A stretch of DNA of 64,000 bases from the human T2T-CHM13v2.0 reference genome, Homo sapiens: assembly GCF_009914755.1 (NCBI RefSeq), contig NC_060937.1. One strand, written 5' to 3'. Position 1 is the stretch's first letter; every line of letters starts with the position of its first letter. Under the pieces are notes generated by a model. That model ran no database searches, was not told the DNA's origin, and was given only the letters and a program-made list of their open reading frames with translations. Both the position numbers and the translations under genes were made by a program. This document shows positions 21,069-43,760 of this stretch, in pieces.

Positions 21069-21539
21069 TTCCTGAACCTGTTGAGTATTCTATTTTGAAC
21101 TGTTGCCTCATTCCTCTGCAAATTGTTATGTTGATGAAGATAGTTCCTACCTTGACAAGTGAATGTTAACTGCAGTTTCATTTGTAATTTGTTCATTTCA
21201 AAACTTTGCTTCCTGTGGATTCAGTGTTTACCTTTTTCAGGCCTGCTAAGTCAGATACAACTAATCCATGCTTATCTGCCTTCCCTCTTCCAAAATTTTA
21301 GTGCACTTGAATTCTCTCCTATCTTCCCTTCCTTGTAGGTTTGTCGTTTTTTTTAAAAAAACCCTTACTGTAGGTTTAGTTGACCTTTGGATGGAAGCAA
21401 AATTTTATGGCCGTTCAGTTGACTGATTTCTACATATTAATTTGTTATGTAGATACAATTATTTTACTATATAAACTCACTGTCTATAATAGTTTTTCAG
21501 GTAAATCTTCCGGGTCTTTGGGGGTAAAGAATTGTATAA

Positions 21540-23844
<2,305 letters not shown>

Positions 23845-23981
23845 CCATTCATTGTTTTTTAAATCCCATTGTAGGTTGGTACTTTGGGCTTGCTGTTTCT
23901 TTTGAAGCTTGTGTATTTTGAATATTGATTTGGTTATTTTATTGAATGGTTGTGTTTTTTTTTAAAAACAATAAGAGCTGT

Positions 23982-25584
<1,603 letters not shown>

Positions 25585-25671
25585 TTAAAACCACAGCAAG
25601 AAAATGGTAGAGGTCAGGATTTAAATATTCACAGCTATTAAGCAAAATGAAATTAAATATTAATAATGTAA

Positions 25672-26338
<667 letters not shown>

Positions 26339-26923
26339 ATTTTCTTTAAAGCAGTAATAAATGTATCTTTTGCGATTTTCCAGTCTCAGCATGTCTTTCA
26401 TCTGACAGCAGATAGACACACAGCTCTTTCTCTGAGAGGAATAGAGACTGGTTTTGAAACCGAGCTCTGTGTATAGTGTTTGAATCCTTTACTGTCTTGG
26501 GACCTTGGGCAGTTTTAATTAATGTGTGAGCTGCTGTTTTATTATAGAAAAAAATTCTGTTTTCTTTTAACTCAAAGGGGTTGTCACAGTTATGTGAGAA
26601 TAAAATAAGACCTTGGTATTCTGTAAAATACTGTATGTTTTTGAAAATATTTCATTTTCTTACTTTGTTGAGTGGTAGAACAGTGCTCTTCTGACACTAG
26701 AACTTGGTTTATGGTCAGAGAATAATACAGTATATATAAACTAAAGGGCTAGAGTGTATACTTGGATAATTAAATAATGCTGTTACTTAAAAATAACTTT
26801 GATAGTTAAAGTGAACATAATTGGCTTTGGTTTCTGATCTTTCCTCAAATATTTGGGACAATTGTCTACTCTGTGCTCAAGCATTGTGTTAGGTCTTAGA
26901 GATTCAGTGAAAAGACGAGTTAC

Positions 26924-27220
26924 GGCCGGGCATGGTGGCTCACTCACGCCTGTAATTCCAGCACTTTGGGAGGCTGAGGCGGGTGGATCACGAGGTCAAG
27001 AGATCAAGACCATCCTGGCCAACGTGGTGAAACCCCGTCTCTACTGAAAACACAAAAAATTAGCTGGGCGTGGTGGCGCATGCCTATGGTCTCAGCTACT
27101 CAGGAGGCTGAGGCAGGAGAAGTGCTTGAACCCAGGAGGTGGAGGTTGCGGTGAGCAAGATCGATTGCGCCACTGCATTCCAGCCTGGGTGACAGAGACT
27201 CCATCTCAAAAAAAAAGAAA
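26924..27220 (+). mobile_element. Alu (AluSc-like)
   Basis: Sense Alu with ggatcacgaggtcaagagatc. Confidence 0.92.
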
Positions 27221-27639
27221 AGACAAATTAATGATTCATTAAAAAGTTAGTATACCCATATTTGATGTCTGTGAAAAGTGCTTATTCTGCATCTCTTTTT
27301 GTATCTGGAGATTGCATCTTTGACTAGAATTTTGTCAACTGTATATCATCTTCCGCTAAGATGACTCCTTTTCCTTCCTTTATTCAGTCAGATGCTTAGC
27401 TGCATGAAACTCTAGATTAAAGCAGAATCCAAAGTGCATCTGGTTGACCACTCACCCTCCCCTGCGTAAACTTCTGCCCTTCCTAGCAAACTACTTCTGT
27501 CAGTATGATGTGATCCTCTCAAGAGTTTTTTTCCCCCCATGAATTTATGTACAAATATATATACTTCAGGGAAAATATCGTATATATAGGTTTTTGGGAT
27601 ATGCATAACATCACAGTAGTAATTTTCTTTGTGTTCTCT

Positions 27640-28265
27640 AACTTTTTAATTTTTAATTTTTGTGGGTACTTTGTAGGTGTTTTTGTGGGTACACTGTAGG
27701 TGTATTTATGAGTTACATGAGATTGTTTTTGTTTTTGTTTTCTTTTTGAGACAGAGTCTCACCCCATCACCCAGGCTGGAGTGCAGTGGTGCAGTCTCTG
27801 CTCCCTGCAACCTCCATGTCCCAGGTTCAAGCGATTTTCGTGCCTCAGCCTCCTGAGTAGCTGGAATTACAGGTGCATGCTACCATGCCCAGCTAATTTT
27901 TGTATTTTTAGTAGAGATGGGGTTTCACCATGTAGGCCAGACTGGTCTCTAACTCCGGACCTCAAGTGATCTGCCTGCCTCAGCCTCTGCCCGTCTACAT
28001 GAGATGTTCTGATACAGGCATGCATTGTGTGATAATCACATCATGGAGAATGGAATATCCCTTCAACTATTTATCCTTTGTGTTGCAAATAATCCAGTTA
28101 TACTCTTATTTTAAAATGTACAATTAGATTATTATTGACTATAGTCACCCTGTTGTGCTATCAAATAATAGGTCTTATTCTGTTTTTCTGTGCCCATTAA
28201 CCCCCACCTCGCCACTACCCTTCTCAGCCTTTGCTAAGCATCCTTCTACTCTATCTCCATGAGTG
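27640..28265 (-). mobile_element. L1MA-type 3' end interrupted by an antisense Alu (about 27726-27990, TSD tacatgagat)
   Basis: tgatacaggcatgc...aatcacatcatggagaatgg...gactatagtcaccctgttgtgctatcaaata is the reverse L1MA 3' UTR. Confidence 0.8.
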
Positions 28266-28339
28266 TTCTGTAACTTTTAAAAGTCATCAGTATACCTTGT
28301 AGATTTTTTTTCATGTCAGTAAGAGATCTTGCTTTTAAA

Positions 28340-28960
28340 ATACCCTAATCTGTTCACTTTTTCTCATCTCCCATCACCACCCTTTTTCAGCCACTGTCAT
28401 CTCTCACTTGGACCATTTCAATGGCCATCTAGTTTGTTTCTTTGCTTCCAGTTTTTCCCTCTTGTTCCCACATAGCAGCCACAGTGATCTATTTAAAACC
28501 TGAGATTGTATCACCTCTTTGCTGGAAACATGGCAGTGTTTCCTGTTCCAGTAAAATCCAAACTTTCACCTTTAGTTAGAATTAATGCTTTCTAAGCTTA
28601 GGCAGGGCTGTTTACCTGTTTTGATTACTGATTTTTGCCATGTGCCTAGAAAGTATCTTGTGCATACTAGGTGCTCTGTAAATCTGTTAAATGTAATTAA
28701 TGAATTAGCTAGTTGGCCTTGATGTGTTATTCTCTGCCTGTTTATCTCATTTTATCCTCCTCTTTGCTTCTTACTTTGATCTGCCACATTGGCTTTATTC
28801 TGCTGCTTGGATTGGCCAACTTCATTCCCTCTAGGCTTTGCAGAAGCTGTTTTCTTTGCCTGGAATATCCTGTCCCCAGTTTTCTCACAGCTGAATCTTA
28901 TCATTTCGTATTTCAGTGTAAATGTCACTTGCTTAAAGAGATGTTCTCTGATCACCAAAC
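28340..28960 (+). mobile_element. L2 fragments
   Basis: ccactgtcatctctcacttggac...catagcagccacagtgatct...gcctggaat resembles the L2 3' region. Confidence 0.6.
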
Positions 28961-29471
28961 TAGTTATCTCTTCACCTTCTGTTATTCTGTTTAAAAGTTT
29001 TTAAATTTAGTTTAAAAAAAAGTGATAAATCACGTGGCCCAAAATTAAGAAAATGCTACAAGACGTACAGTGAAAAATGCCTCTACCACTGTCATCTGTA
29101 AATCAAAGCAATACATATTAGTCTCTTTTTTATCCTTTCAGAGGCTCTTTAAATGAAGTGTTTTTAAACCAGTCTTTAAGAACTATATAGCCAGTATCTC
29201 CTCATCTTTTCAGATAATACACTATGAAAATTAGGCCAAACCACTGTATATAAGCCACTTCAACTTCCTATTCATCCTATCTACAATTTAATCTATAGTC
29301 TATACTTGCCCTTCAGTTTTACCTCTTCTAGTTGGTTCCCCTTGCATTTTGCCCCCCAAGTTTGATCTGTGAGATCAAAATGGTTCTTGTTCAGAGTTAG
29401 TGATATTACCACCTGAGCCCATGATCTGTCTCATCTCCATTTGCTCAGTAACTTTGTCCTAGAAATTTTCT

Positions 29472-29473
<2 letters not shown>

Positions 29474-29516
<43 letters not shown>

Positions 29517-30291
29517 TATGTGTTTTCTTTTGAGACAGGGTTTGCTCTGTTGCCCAGGCTGGAATATAGTGGCACAATCGTAGCTCACTGCAACCTCGAA
29601 CTCCTGGGCTCAAGTGATCTTCCTGCCTCAGCCTCCTAAGTAGCCAGGACTACAGATGTGCGCCACCATGACTGGCTGACTTTTAAATTTTAGTATTTAG
29701 TAGATTTGAGGTCTTGTTATGTTGCTCAGGCTGGTCTCGAACTCCTGGGCTCAAGCAGTCCTCCCACCTCAGCCTCCCAAAATGCTAGGATTACAGGTAT
29801 GAGCCATTGTGTCTGACCTGAGGTTATCTTCTTAACTCTGCTATTTTCTTTGACTTCAGCACAACCTGGCATATAGGAGGTGCTTAGAAAATATTAGTTG
29901 AATATAGCAGAATGATGAGTTTTGAACTCTTGAGTTTTAGAGACCTGGGTATTCAACCTAGCTGTGTGACTTGGGCAAGAGAGTTAGCATCTGTAAGCCA
30001 GAATTTCTTTTCTTTTCTTTTTCTTTTTTTTTTTTTTTTTCCCATTTTGAGACAGGTTCTCACTCTGTAGCTCAGGCTGGAGTGCAAGGGCACAATCATG
30101 GCTGACGTCAGCCTCAAACTCCCGGCCTCAGATGATTCTCCTCTTCAGTCTCCTGAGTAGTTGGGACTACAGGCATGTGCTAACATGCCCGGCTAATTTT
30201 TGTATTTTTTGTAGAGATGGGGTTTTGTCATGTTGCCCAGGCTGGTCTCAAACTCCTGGGCTCAAGTGATCTGCCCACCTCAGCCTCCCAA
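29474..30291 (-). mobile_element. (TG)n followed by two antisense AluJ elements (about 29523-29818, 30004-30291)
   Basis: Reverse AluJ text; about 19 TG units at 29474-29512. Confidence 0.88.
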
Positions 30292-30516
30292 TGGTCACAC
30301 TGCCTTCTCTTTTACTTGTAGTCTCCCTCTGCATGTCTTTTATAAGGGTACTTGTGAGTACATTTGTGACCCACTCAGGTAATCCCATATAATCTCACTT
30401 GAAAATCCTTAACATTAATCATATCTGCAAAGTCCCTTTTTCCATGTAAGGTTAACATTTGTAGGTTCCAGGAATGGGGACCTGATATCTTTGGTGACCT
30501 TTATTCAGCCTGCTAC
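30292..30516 (-). mobile_element. MLT1-type MaLR LTR fragment
   Basis: ttataagggtacttgtga...tccttaac...atctgcaaagtccctttttccatgtaaggttaacatt...ggttccagg is typical of a reverse MLT1 LTR. Confidence 0.72.
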
Positions 30517-30671
30517 TGGGATATAAAGCACACAGCATAGTGCCTGGCAAAAAAAAGAATTTATGCTTTCTGGATAGGGTCAAAAAAGATTTAAAATTTT
30601 CAGAAAGATTTAATTGTACAATTAATGGGAGCCAGAGAATATGAGAAAAGTGGGTTAAAAAAAGATGAGAT

Positions 30672-30960
30672 GGCCAGGCACAATGGCCCATGCCTGTAAT
30701 CCCAGCACTTTGGGAGGCTGAGGCCGAGTTCAGGGGATCTCTTGAGCCTAGGAATTTTGAGACCAGCCAGGGCAACATAGTGAGACCTCGTCTCTACCTA
30801 AATAAATAAATAAATAAATTAGCCAGGTGTGGTGGCGATGGCCTGTAGTCCCAGCTACTTGGAGGTGGGAGGATCGCCTTAACCTGGGAGGTCAAGGCTG
30901 TAGTGAGCCATGGTCACAACGCTGCACTCCAGCCTGGGTGACAGAACGAGACCCTGTCCT
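30672..30960 (+). mobile_element. AluJ upstream of the first coding exon
   Basis: Sense Alu consensus match. Confidence 0.9.
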
Positions 30961-31473
30961 TCCCCACCCCCCAAAAAAGATGAGGTAAGGGAAAGGATTA
31001 TAGCATGTGACTTTATATGATACAGTGAATAAATGGGATAAGTGTATAATGAAGTAATTATTTTTTGTCAGATTTTGATTTTTTTTTTTTCCTGTTCAGA
31101 TGTGTGGGAGGATTTATCCATATTTTTAGTGATAAATTTTATGGAGTAAATAGTGTACCCCTGAAAGGAGGTGGTGGTGGTGGTAGGAATATATTGCATA
31201 TGATTACCATGAATATATTGCATATGATTAATTATCCAATAAAAATTGGATAATTGCCTTCCTTGTTATCCTGCAAAAGTTAACATGTAAACTATATGAA
31301 ATGATTAATGAATGGATATCACATATTTTCCTGAATGTTAGACAAGAATCACTTCATTTAGAATAAAAATAAAATAAAAGTACCCTTTAAATCAATGGTT
31401 TCAGTTAGAGTAACATAAAAAGTCATACTGACATTTTAATTCTTTTTTCTATCTTCCTAACAGGTTCTTTGGC

Positions 31474-32320
31474 ATGGACACAAGTTCAGTGGGAGGATTA
31501 GAATTGACTGATCAGACTCCTGTTTTATTAGGGAGTACGGCCATGGCAACTAGTCTCACGAATGTAGGAAACTCATTTAGTGGTCCAGCTAATCCTTTAG
31601 TGTCTAGATCTAATAAGTTTCAGAACTCGTCAGTGGAAGATGATGATGATGTTGTTTTTATCGAACCTGTACAACCTCCCCCACCTTCTGTACCAGTGGT
31701 AGCTGATCAAAGAACCATAACATTTACATCATCAAAAAATGAAGAACTACAAGGAAATGATTCCAAAATTACTCCTTCCTCAAAAGAGTTGGCATCTCAG
31801 AAGGGAAGTGTAAGTGAGACAATTGTCATTGATGATGAAGAGGACATGGAAACAAATCAAGGGCAAGAGAAAAATTCCTCCAATTTTATTGAACGAAGAC
31901 CTCCTGAGACTAAAAACAGAACCAATGATGTGGATTTCTCCACTTCCAGTTTTTCAAGAAGTAAGGTAAATGCAGGAATGGGTAATAGTGGTATCACCAC
32001 AGAACCAGACTCTGAAATTCAGATTGCTAATGTTACAACTTTAGAAACAGGTGTAAGCTCTGTGAATGATGGCCAATTAGAAAATACTGACGGGCGAGAT
32101 ATGAACTTAATGATTACACATGTAACATCACTGCAGAATACCAACTTGGGAGATGTCTCTAACGGACTGCAGTCAAGTAATTTTGGTGTTAATATACAAA
32201 CATACACCCCATCTTTAACTTCACAGACCAAGACTGGAGTAGGACCTTTTAATCCTGGTAGAATGAATGTGGCAGGAGACGTTTTTCAGAATGGAGAATC
32301 TGCAACTCATCATAATCCTG
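31474..32320 (+). CDS. ZMYM2: ZMYM2 first coding exon (exon 31464-32320, ATG at 31474; aa 1-282 plus 1 nt): low-complexity N-terminus with SIM-like motifs
   Basis: [23 protein letters not shown]... recognised from memory as the ZMYM2/ZNF198 N-terminus. Acceptor tcttttttctatcttcctaacag|G, Kozak GGCATGG, donor CTG|gtaagc at 32321. SIM-like motifs: DDDDVVFIE (aa 56-64), TIVIDDEED (aa 116-124), DSEIQI (aa 179-184). Confidence 0.97.
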
Positions 32321-32599
32321 GTAAGCAGTAAGAGATACTCTACTTCATGTAAATGAATTTAAACTTTTGGCTGCTGCTTTTTTCATTGTAGTAACTGGTA
32401 TTACCTTGTTTAGTTTCATCATGTGAAATATGTGAATTATATTGAATTTTATCTTAAGTTTGGAATTTTAATAAGAATTGTAAAACCATGTATAGTATTT
32501 TTCTGTGGATTACTAAAAAGTTAATCATAAAGTAGTTTTATATTTAAAGGATTTAAGAAAAAAATACTCTTTACATTCATCACCAAAGTCTGATAATTT

Positions 32600-34508
<1,909 letters not shown>

Positions 34509-34704
34509 TCACATGCCTCTCTCTGACCCATTCTGTCATCATTTTAGGCTCATTATCCTAGGGATTGTGGAGAATAATGTGAAGTAACTAAAATCTAGGC
34601 AATGTAGAATGCTATATGAATTGCTAGTTATTTTTCTTATTTGTCGAGTAATGTCTGATTATTGAAGACTGCTTAGAAAATCTATAATTTAAAACAAGAG
34701 CTGG

Positions 34705-35305
<601 letters not shown>

Positions 35306-35307
35306 AA

Positions 35308-35447
35308 GCTGAGCATGAAGGTGTGGGGTGTGGAGCTGTTGAGATATGAGGATCCCTTGAAGCTGGGAGTTGGAGACTGTAGTGCTCTGTGCTGGTGCGT
35401 GTTAATAGCCAGCACACAGCAGCCTGCGCAACACAGTGAGACCCAAT
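35308..35447 (+). mobile_element. Degenerate FAM (fossil Alu monomer, 7SL-derived)
   Basis: Retains the FAM-type ctgtagtgc...gtgttaatagcca...cagcctg..caaca.agtgagacc segment. Confidence 0.65.
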
Positions 35448-37598
35448 CATAGTCCTCCTGAGTAAAGATGACCACTATCAATGCTTTGGGTGGTTGTCTT
35501 TTAGTCTTTTTTTGTATTTTGTTAACCTAGTGGAAATGCAGATCTGTGTAGTTTTGTTGTCTGTTTTTTCCTCCACTGCATTTTCTCATACCATTAACTA
35601 TTTATATAAGTTTTAATGGCTACACAATGGGTATTGATGTAACATTCCCATATTTGGCTTTTGCATTGTTTCCCATATTTTGCTGTTGTAGGTCTATGAT
35701 GAAATATTTGTTCACGTTCCTGATTATTTCCTTAGAGTATATTCCTACAAGTGAAGTTACTGGGCTAAATATTATGATTACTCCCATGCCCCTAACGATT
35801 TTTGGTTTAAAAATACATACCTGGTATATAGTAGTGTTAAAATAAATATGCTCTTTTTTACTCAGTTTTGAAATTTCTTGTTACTTCTAAAACTCCTTGT
35901 AGGTAGGTAGAAGTGTGTGTATGTGTGTATGGGTGTATGTGTGTGTTTGTATGAGCATTTTTAACTTACAGAAATACATTGTAATAATGCTTTTTAGAAA
36001 GCTCTTAGCAATTTATACTGTCATGAACTGTATGTTAGTCTTTCATTGTAACCTTGCCGCTTAAATGTGCTCAAATTAGTTTTAAAATAGCTATTTTTTC
36101 TTTCTTATATGTAAAAATATAAAGAAAATAATGTTGTCTTACCGCTGAGAATCAATTAATTAATAGTACATGTAATTCTAACCTGAGATCATAGCATAGG
36201 TACAGTTTTGCAACCATTCCTGCCATTCCTTTTAATACCTAGCAGTAGATCTTGAAATTTTGTTCATGTCAATATATGCGTGTGAAATTTGTCTATTTTG
36301 TATTTAGCTTGGTTCCAGTTTTTCCTACTTAGATAATTATTTTTAAGAATATTCTTGTGTATACATCTTGGGATACTTACTTCTTTAGGAATATTGCTGG
36401 ATCAAAGAGACCGTAACATAAGAATTGTGTTCCTGTTTACTCAAACTCTGTAAACTCGTCATCAGAAAAACTGTACACAAAGAGACATATGAATTGGGTC
36501 TTGCATTTATATGCTGATTTTATTTGTAATAGAGAATAATGGATGAAGAGCTATAAAATCTTGGCTATTTATATTGGTTCTTGGACTAATTGTTAATTGG
36601 GAAAATTTACCAGCTATCCTTTCATGAAATCCCTTGTATGAAATTGAAGGTTTAGACAAAATGATTAGGCCTTTTCTATTCCTAAAAAATTTTTTTGATG
36701 TTGGAGGAAATAAAAATGTAAAACTAGGGCAAATGTAAATTGAAAATAGAGAAGCACCATTTTTTTCAGTGTCAAGGCAATAGATGCCCTTAAGTTTTGA
36801 TAGGCTCTTTTAACTATGTATTCAAGTGACAAGCCTACAAAATAGAACACCCTGAGGAGCCACTATTTGTGTGGGCAAGAGCTGTTTCTTTTAGATATGT
36901 TCAAGCATAATTTTTGATTGGAGGCCTTTTTTCCTTTCTTAAGATGGAATTACCAGTTCTTCTAGTGACTTTCTTTCTCGTTGATTAGATTTTTACCCAT
37001 TTATTGAAACTGGTCAGTTACTGTGATGATAGTTAAATAACAGAATTCCAGAATGCACTCTTTATTCTAATAAGTTTGGTGTGTTCTTGTTTTTGTTTCT
37101 CCAACTAAGGGGTATGAATACAGTCAGGTAAGATCTGAATAGCCCCTCGAAACCATTAGGTTGATGGAATGGGTCAGAACCAAAAAATCATCCTTTTTAA
37201 AGTTTTGGTAGTAAAGAAGTTTTCCCAAGCTCTGGTTGTATTTTGTACCGCAAGGAAAATAATTTTTTTCCTGTGGAAGGGCAGCTTTTATGTATGGAAG
37301 TTCAAAATACGGAGAAACTAGAAAGGAAAAAGAAATTTATGAGAGACCAGAGTAGTAGAAATTAGAAGTGGTAACCTGAAAAGTTTCAAAATGAAGATAG
37401 GTTATGGTATTGGTAGTGCCATGGGAGGCCTGCAGAACAGCAACTAGTGCAGCAAACTGGAGACTTCTACTAAACACTAAAGAAGCTTAGCACAAAAGAG
37501 AAAATATGTCCTCTAGCATTAATAGTTACCACACCTCAGTACTGTGCTGTGCTGAACCTTTGCAGTGGTAGAGGAATTTGACATTGGATTGGTCAGTA

Positions 37599-40446
<2,848 letters not shown>

Positions 40447-40699
40447 TATACATTGGTTTAATTCCATCATTTCTGTGTAACACTCTTTCTATGAGATTAT
40501 GTGTTACATTTAAAGGCCATGAAACTAAACATATATGGAAAAGCTGTTCTTAAAATATGTCTTGGAAATAATTATAAACTTTATTAGACTTGCATTACAT
40601 TTGTCAAAGGTTCTAGTTAGGATTTTATTATTATTTAATGTTGATATATGTGTTCCTTGCCTAAAGTGATATTTTATAAATACGTGAATACTTCCTGCT

Positions 40700-41090
40700 T
40701 AATAACTAGTGACATTTTTTAATACTTCCTATATGCCAGTTATTATGCTTTATTATATGTCTTACCTCATTTAATGTTTACCATTAGCATGAGGTTGATA
40801 CCATTTCAGGCGCTCTGAAGAGTAAGGCACAGTTTAAGTAGCTTCCCAATCTTGTAAGCGATGGAGCTAGAATGTGAACCATTCTTTTTTCTTTTAATTA
40901 ATTTTTTAAAAAATTGACAAAACTTGTATATTTATTTATTGTGTACAACATGTTGCTTTGAAGTAGATATACATTGTGGGAATGGCTAGATTGAGCTCTG
41001 AGTTACCCGACATACCCTTTTTTTGTGCTGAGAACACTTAAAATCTAATGTTAACTATTTTAAAGAATGTAGTGCATTGTTACCGTGACA
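40700..41090 (-). mobile_element. MIR fragment followed by an L1MA 3'-end fragment
   Basis: tatatgccag...cctcatttaat...ggagctagaatgtgaacc (MIR); gtgtacaacatg...atatacattgtgggaatggcta...gagaacacttaaaatc (L1MA). Confidence 0.6.
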
Positions 41091-41254
41091 TTCTTACTCC
41101 AAAACTTGTGCTATATACCTCTCTGCTATGTTGCTGTTCCATTAACATCTTAAAATTGTACAAAATGGGAAGTTAATATTTCTCTGATATAAATTTTAAT
41201 ATGTATAAACAAACACTTGTTTCATTATTCTTTCTTGTGCATTTTGTTTTTAAG

Positions 41255-41540
41255 ATTCTTGGATCTCCCAGTCAGCTTCATTTCCCCGTAATCAGAAACA
41301 ACCAGGGGTGGACTCTTTATCACCAGTGGCCTCACTTCCTAAACAGATTTTCCAGCCGTCTGTCCAACAGCAGCCTACTAAACCAGTTAAAGTCACTTGT
41401 GCAAACTGCAAAAAACCTTTACAGAAGGGCCAGACAGCTTATCAACGAAAAGGATCAGCTCACCTCTTTTGTTCTACCACCTGCCTTTCTTCCTTCTCCC
41501 ACAAGCCTGCTCCAAAGAAACTCTGTGTTATGTGTAAAAA
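41255..41540 (+). CDS. ZMYM2: ZMYM2 coding exon (286 nt): MYM zinc finger 1 (CANC...FCSTTC) and start of finger 2
   Basis: Acceptor ttttgtttttaag|AT, donor AAA|gtaagg. Phase-1 join G+AT gives ...[14 protein letters not shown]. Contains the CxxC...FCSxxC motif. Confidence 0.96.
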
Positions 41541-42019
41541 GTAAGGTTTACCTTTCAACATAATTACATATAGTTGAATTTTGGAGTTGTAAAATTTTAA
41601 GAAAAGTGAAACAGATTTGTAATACCTTTGGAAACTTCCCTATCAAGTCCAGGTGGCATATGGATAAAAGGCTTCCTGTTTGGATGGCATTGGAGTTGAT
41701 TTAGATAGGTCCTTATAATTAATTTTGTCTGTAATCTCCATTGGACTCTTTGATTTTGTAACAATACATACTTATTTACATGATTAATGAGAAGAAATTA
41801 GTTCTTATAGCCAAATAAAAATGCTAAGCAGTTTATGCGTGATTCTGTGTTAAAATTGGTTAAATTTTACCCTGTCTTCAGATCAAGATTATAAAATTGG
41901 CAAGTCTTTGGATTTTATATGTGTTTGTTTTGAACATTAAGTCATTAGAAATAGTATTTCAAGACTCAGGTACCAATTTTTAGCCAGCCTTAGAAAGGCA
42001 GGATCCTCTCTTCTACTGT

Positions 42020-42958
42020 TTTTTTCTTTTTCTTTTTCTTTTCTTTTTTTTTTTTTAGGCAGAGTCTCATTCTGTAGCCCAGGCTGGAGTGCAATGGTGC
42101 GATCTCAGCTCACTGCAGCCTCCACCTCCTGGGTCCTCCACCTCCTGGGTTCAAGCAGTTATCCTGCCTCAGCCTCCCGAGTAGTTAGGATTACAGGCTT
42201 TCGCCACCATGCCCAGCTAATTTTTGTATTTTTAGTACAGATGAGGTTTCAGCATATTGTCCAGACTGGTCTTCAGCTCCTGACCTCAGGTGATCTGCCC
42301 ACCTCAGCCTCCCAAAGTGCTGGGATTATAGGCGTGAGCCACCATGCCCAGCCCTCTTCTGCTGTTTTTTGATCTAGCTTCACTGGTTAAAAATAGCTGG
42401 AATATGGTATGTTATATGCAAGGTAAAGCCTGGTGGCCTTTCTGTACCATATCTTGGAGCAGCTCAATTCTCCGAAGCTATATTTAGATCTTGAATTTTA
42501 CAAAGAGCTTAGTGTTCTCTACATGTTTAATAAATTCAAATACTGAAACAATTGTTACACAGATTGCTTTGCAGTAGTAAACTTAAATACTACAGTGTAG
42601 GATCTTGAAAATCAGAATAAAAGGAAAACTTCAAAGGTCATCAGTATTGTCAGTTTTGTTTTGTTTTGTTTTGTTTTGAGACGGATTCTCGCTCTGTCGC
42701 CCTGGCTGGAGTGCAGTGGCGCTGATCTCCGCTCACTGCAAGCTCCGTCTCCTGGGTTCATGCCGTTCTCCTGCCTCAGCCTCCTGAGTAGCTGGGACTA
42801 CAGGTGCCTGCCACCATGCCTGGCTAATTTTTTGTGTTTTTAGTAGAGACGGGGTTTCACCATGTTAGCCAGGATGGTCTCGATCTCCTGACCTCGTGAT
42901 CCACCCGCCTCAGCCTCCCAAAGTGCTGGGATTACAGGCGTGAGCCACTGCGCTCAGC
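42020..42958 (-). mobile_element. Two antisense Alus (about 42020-42353; 42653-42958 AluY-like, TSD agtattgtca)
   Basis: Reverse Alu matches; the first has an internal duplication of cctccacctcctgggt. Confidence 0.9.
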
Positions 42959-43478
42959 AGTATTGTCATTTTCTAATATTTCTATTTACTGTTGGAGAGC
43001 CATGTTAATAGTGGGTGAGGTTATTTGGGGATGGGGTGTGTGGGTATATTTAAGTTCAGTTATCCCTCTAGAACGTATACCATATTCCCCATAACCCAGA
43101 TACCTCTTACTTTCTACTTATCCAGGGGAGGGAATTGAACAGGTTATACCTCAGTAAATTAATCCTTAACATTAATTCCATATAACTAATAACAGCTTTT
43201 CTTTTTTTAGTTTTCCCAATATTTGAAATCCTTTTTAGTGAATTTAAAGATAAATTGAGTAGCGGCAAAGATTTAATAGTATAAAATATTTTTGCTTCTC
43301 AAAAGTCTTTATTTCCAAACATATTTTATTAGGAATGTCTAATAAAAATGATTTATTAGATCCAAGAATGATGTTTGATTTGCAGGACTTAGTCTATAGA
43401 AATGAAAAATGTCACTTATGACTCTTATATTTGATTTCTTTTAAAATGGAATTTTAATATGTACCACTTATTTTTCAG

Positions 43479-43644
43479 AGATATAACTACAATGAAAGGA
43501 ACCATTGTTGCTCAAGTGGATTCAAGTGAGTCCTTCCAGGAATTCTGTAGTACATCTTGTTTATCTCTCTATGAAGACAAACAGAATCCTACTAAAGGAG
43601 CTCTAAATAAATCAAGATGTACAATCTGTGGTAAACTAACTGAG
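43479..43644 (+). CDS. ZMYM2: ZMYM2 coding exon (166 nt): end of MYM finger 2 (FCSTSC) and start of finger 3 (CTIC)
   Basis: Acceptor ttatttttcag|A, phase-2 join AA+A gives CKK-DITTMKG. Donor GAG|gtttgt; cumulative CDS 1299 nt, phase 0. Confidence 0.95.
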
Positions 43645-43760
43645 GTTTGTATTTTTTTTCTTTATCATTTAATTCTAACAAATAGGAATATTTTAAACTT
43701 CATTTAAGAACTATTAGATAATCTTTTATCAGTTCCTTAAAAATGAATATATATAAAGAC

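Noticed and set aside
31167-31187. GGAGGTGGTGGTGGTGGTAGG as a G-quadruplex
   Set aside because: Only GG runs (a short GGT repeat), so at best a weak two-tier structure.
32321-32331. ORF-track C-terminus GKQ* of the 285-aa ORF
   Set aside because: It runs through a strong CTG|gtaagc donor. The spliced frame continues at 41255.
41201-41563. 120-aa alternative-frame ORF overlapping a ZMYM2 exon
   Set aside because: It starts in the polypyrimidine tract, has no recognisable domain, and is best explained as a shadow of the coding exon.
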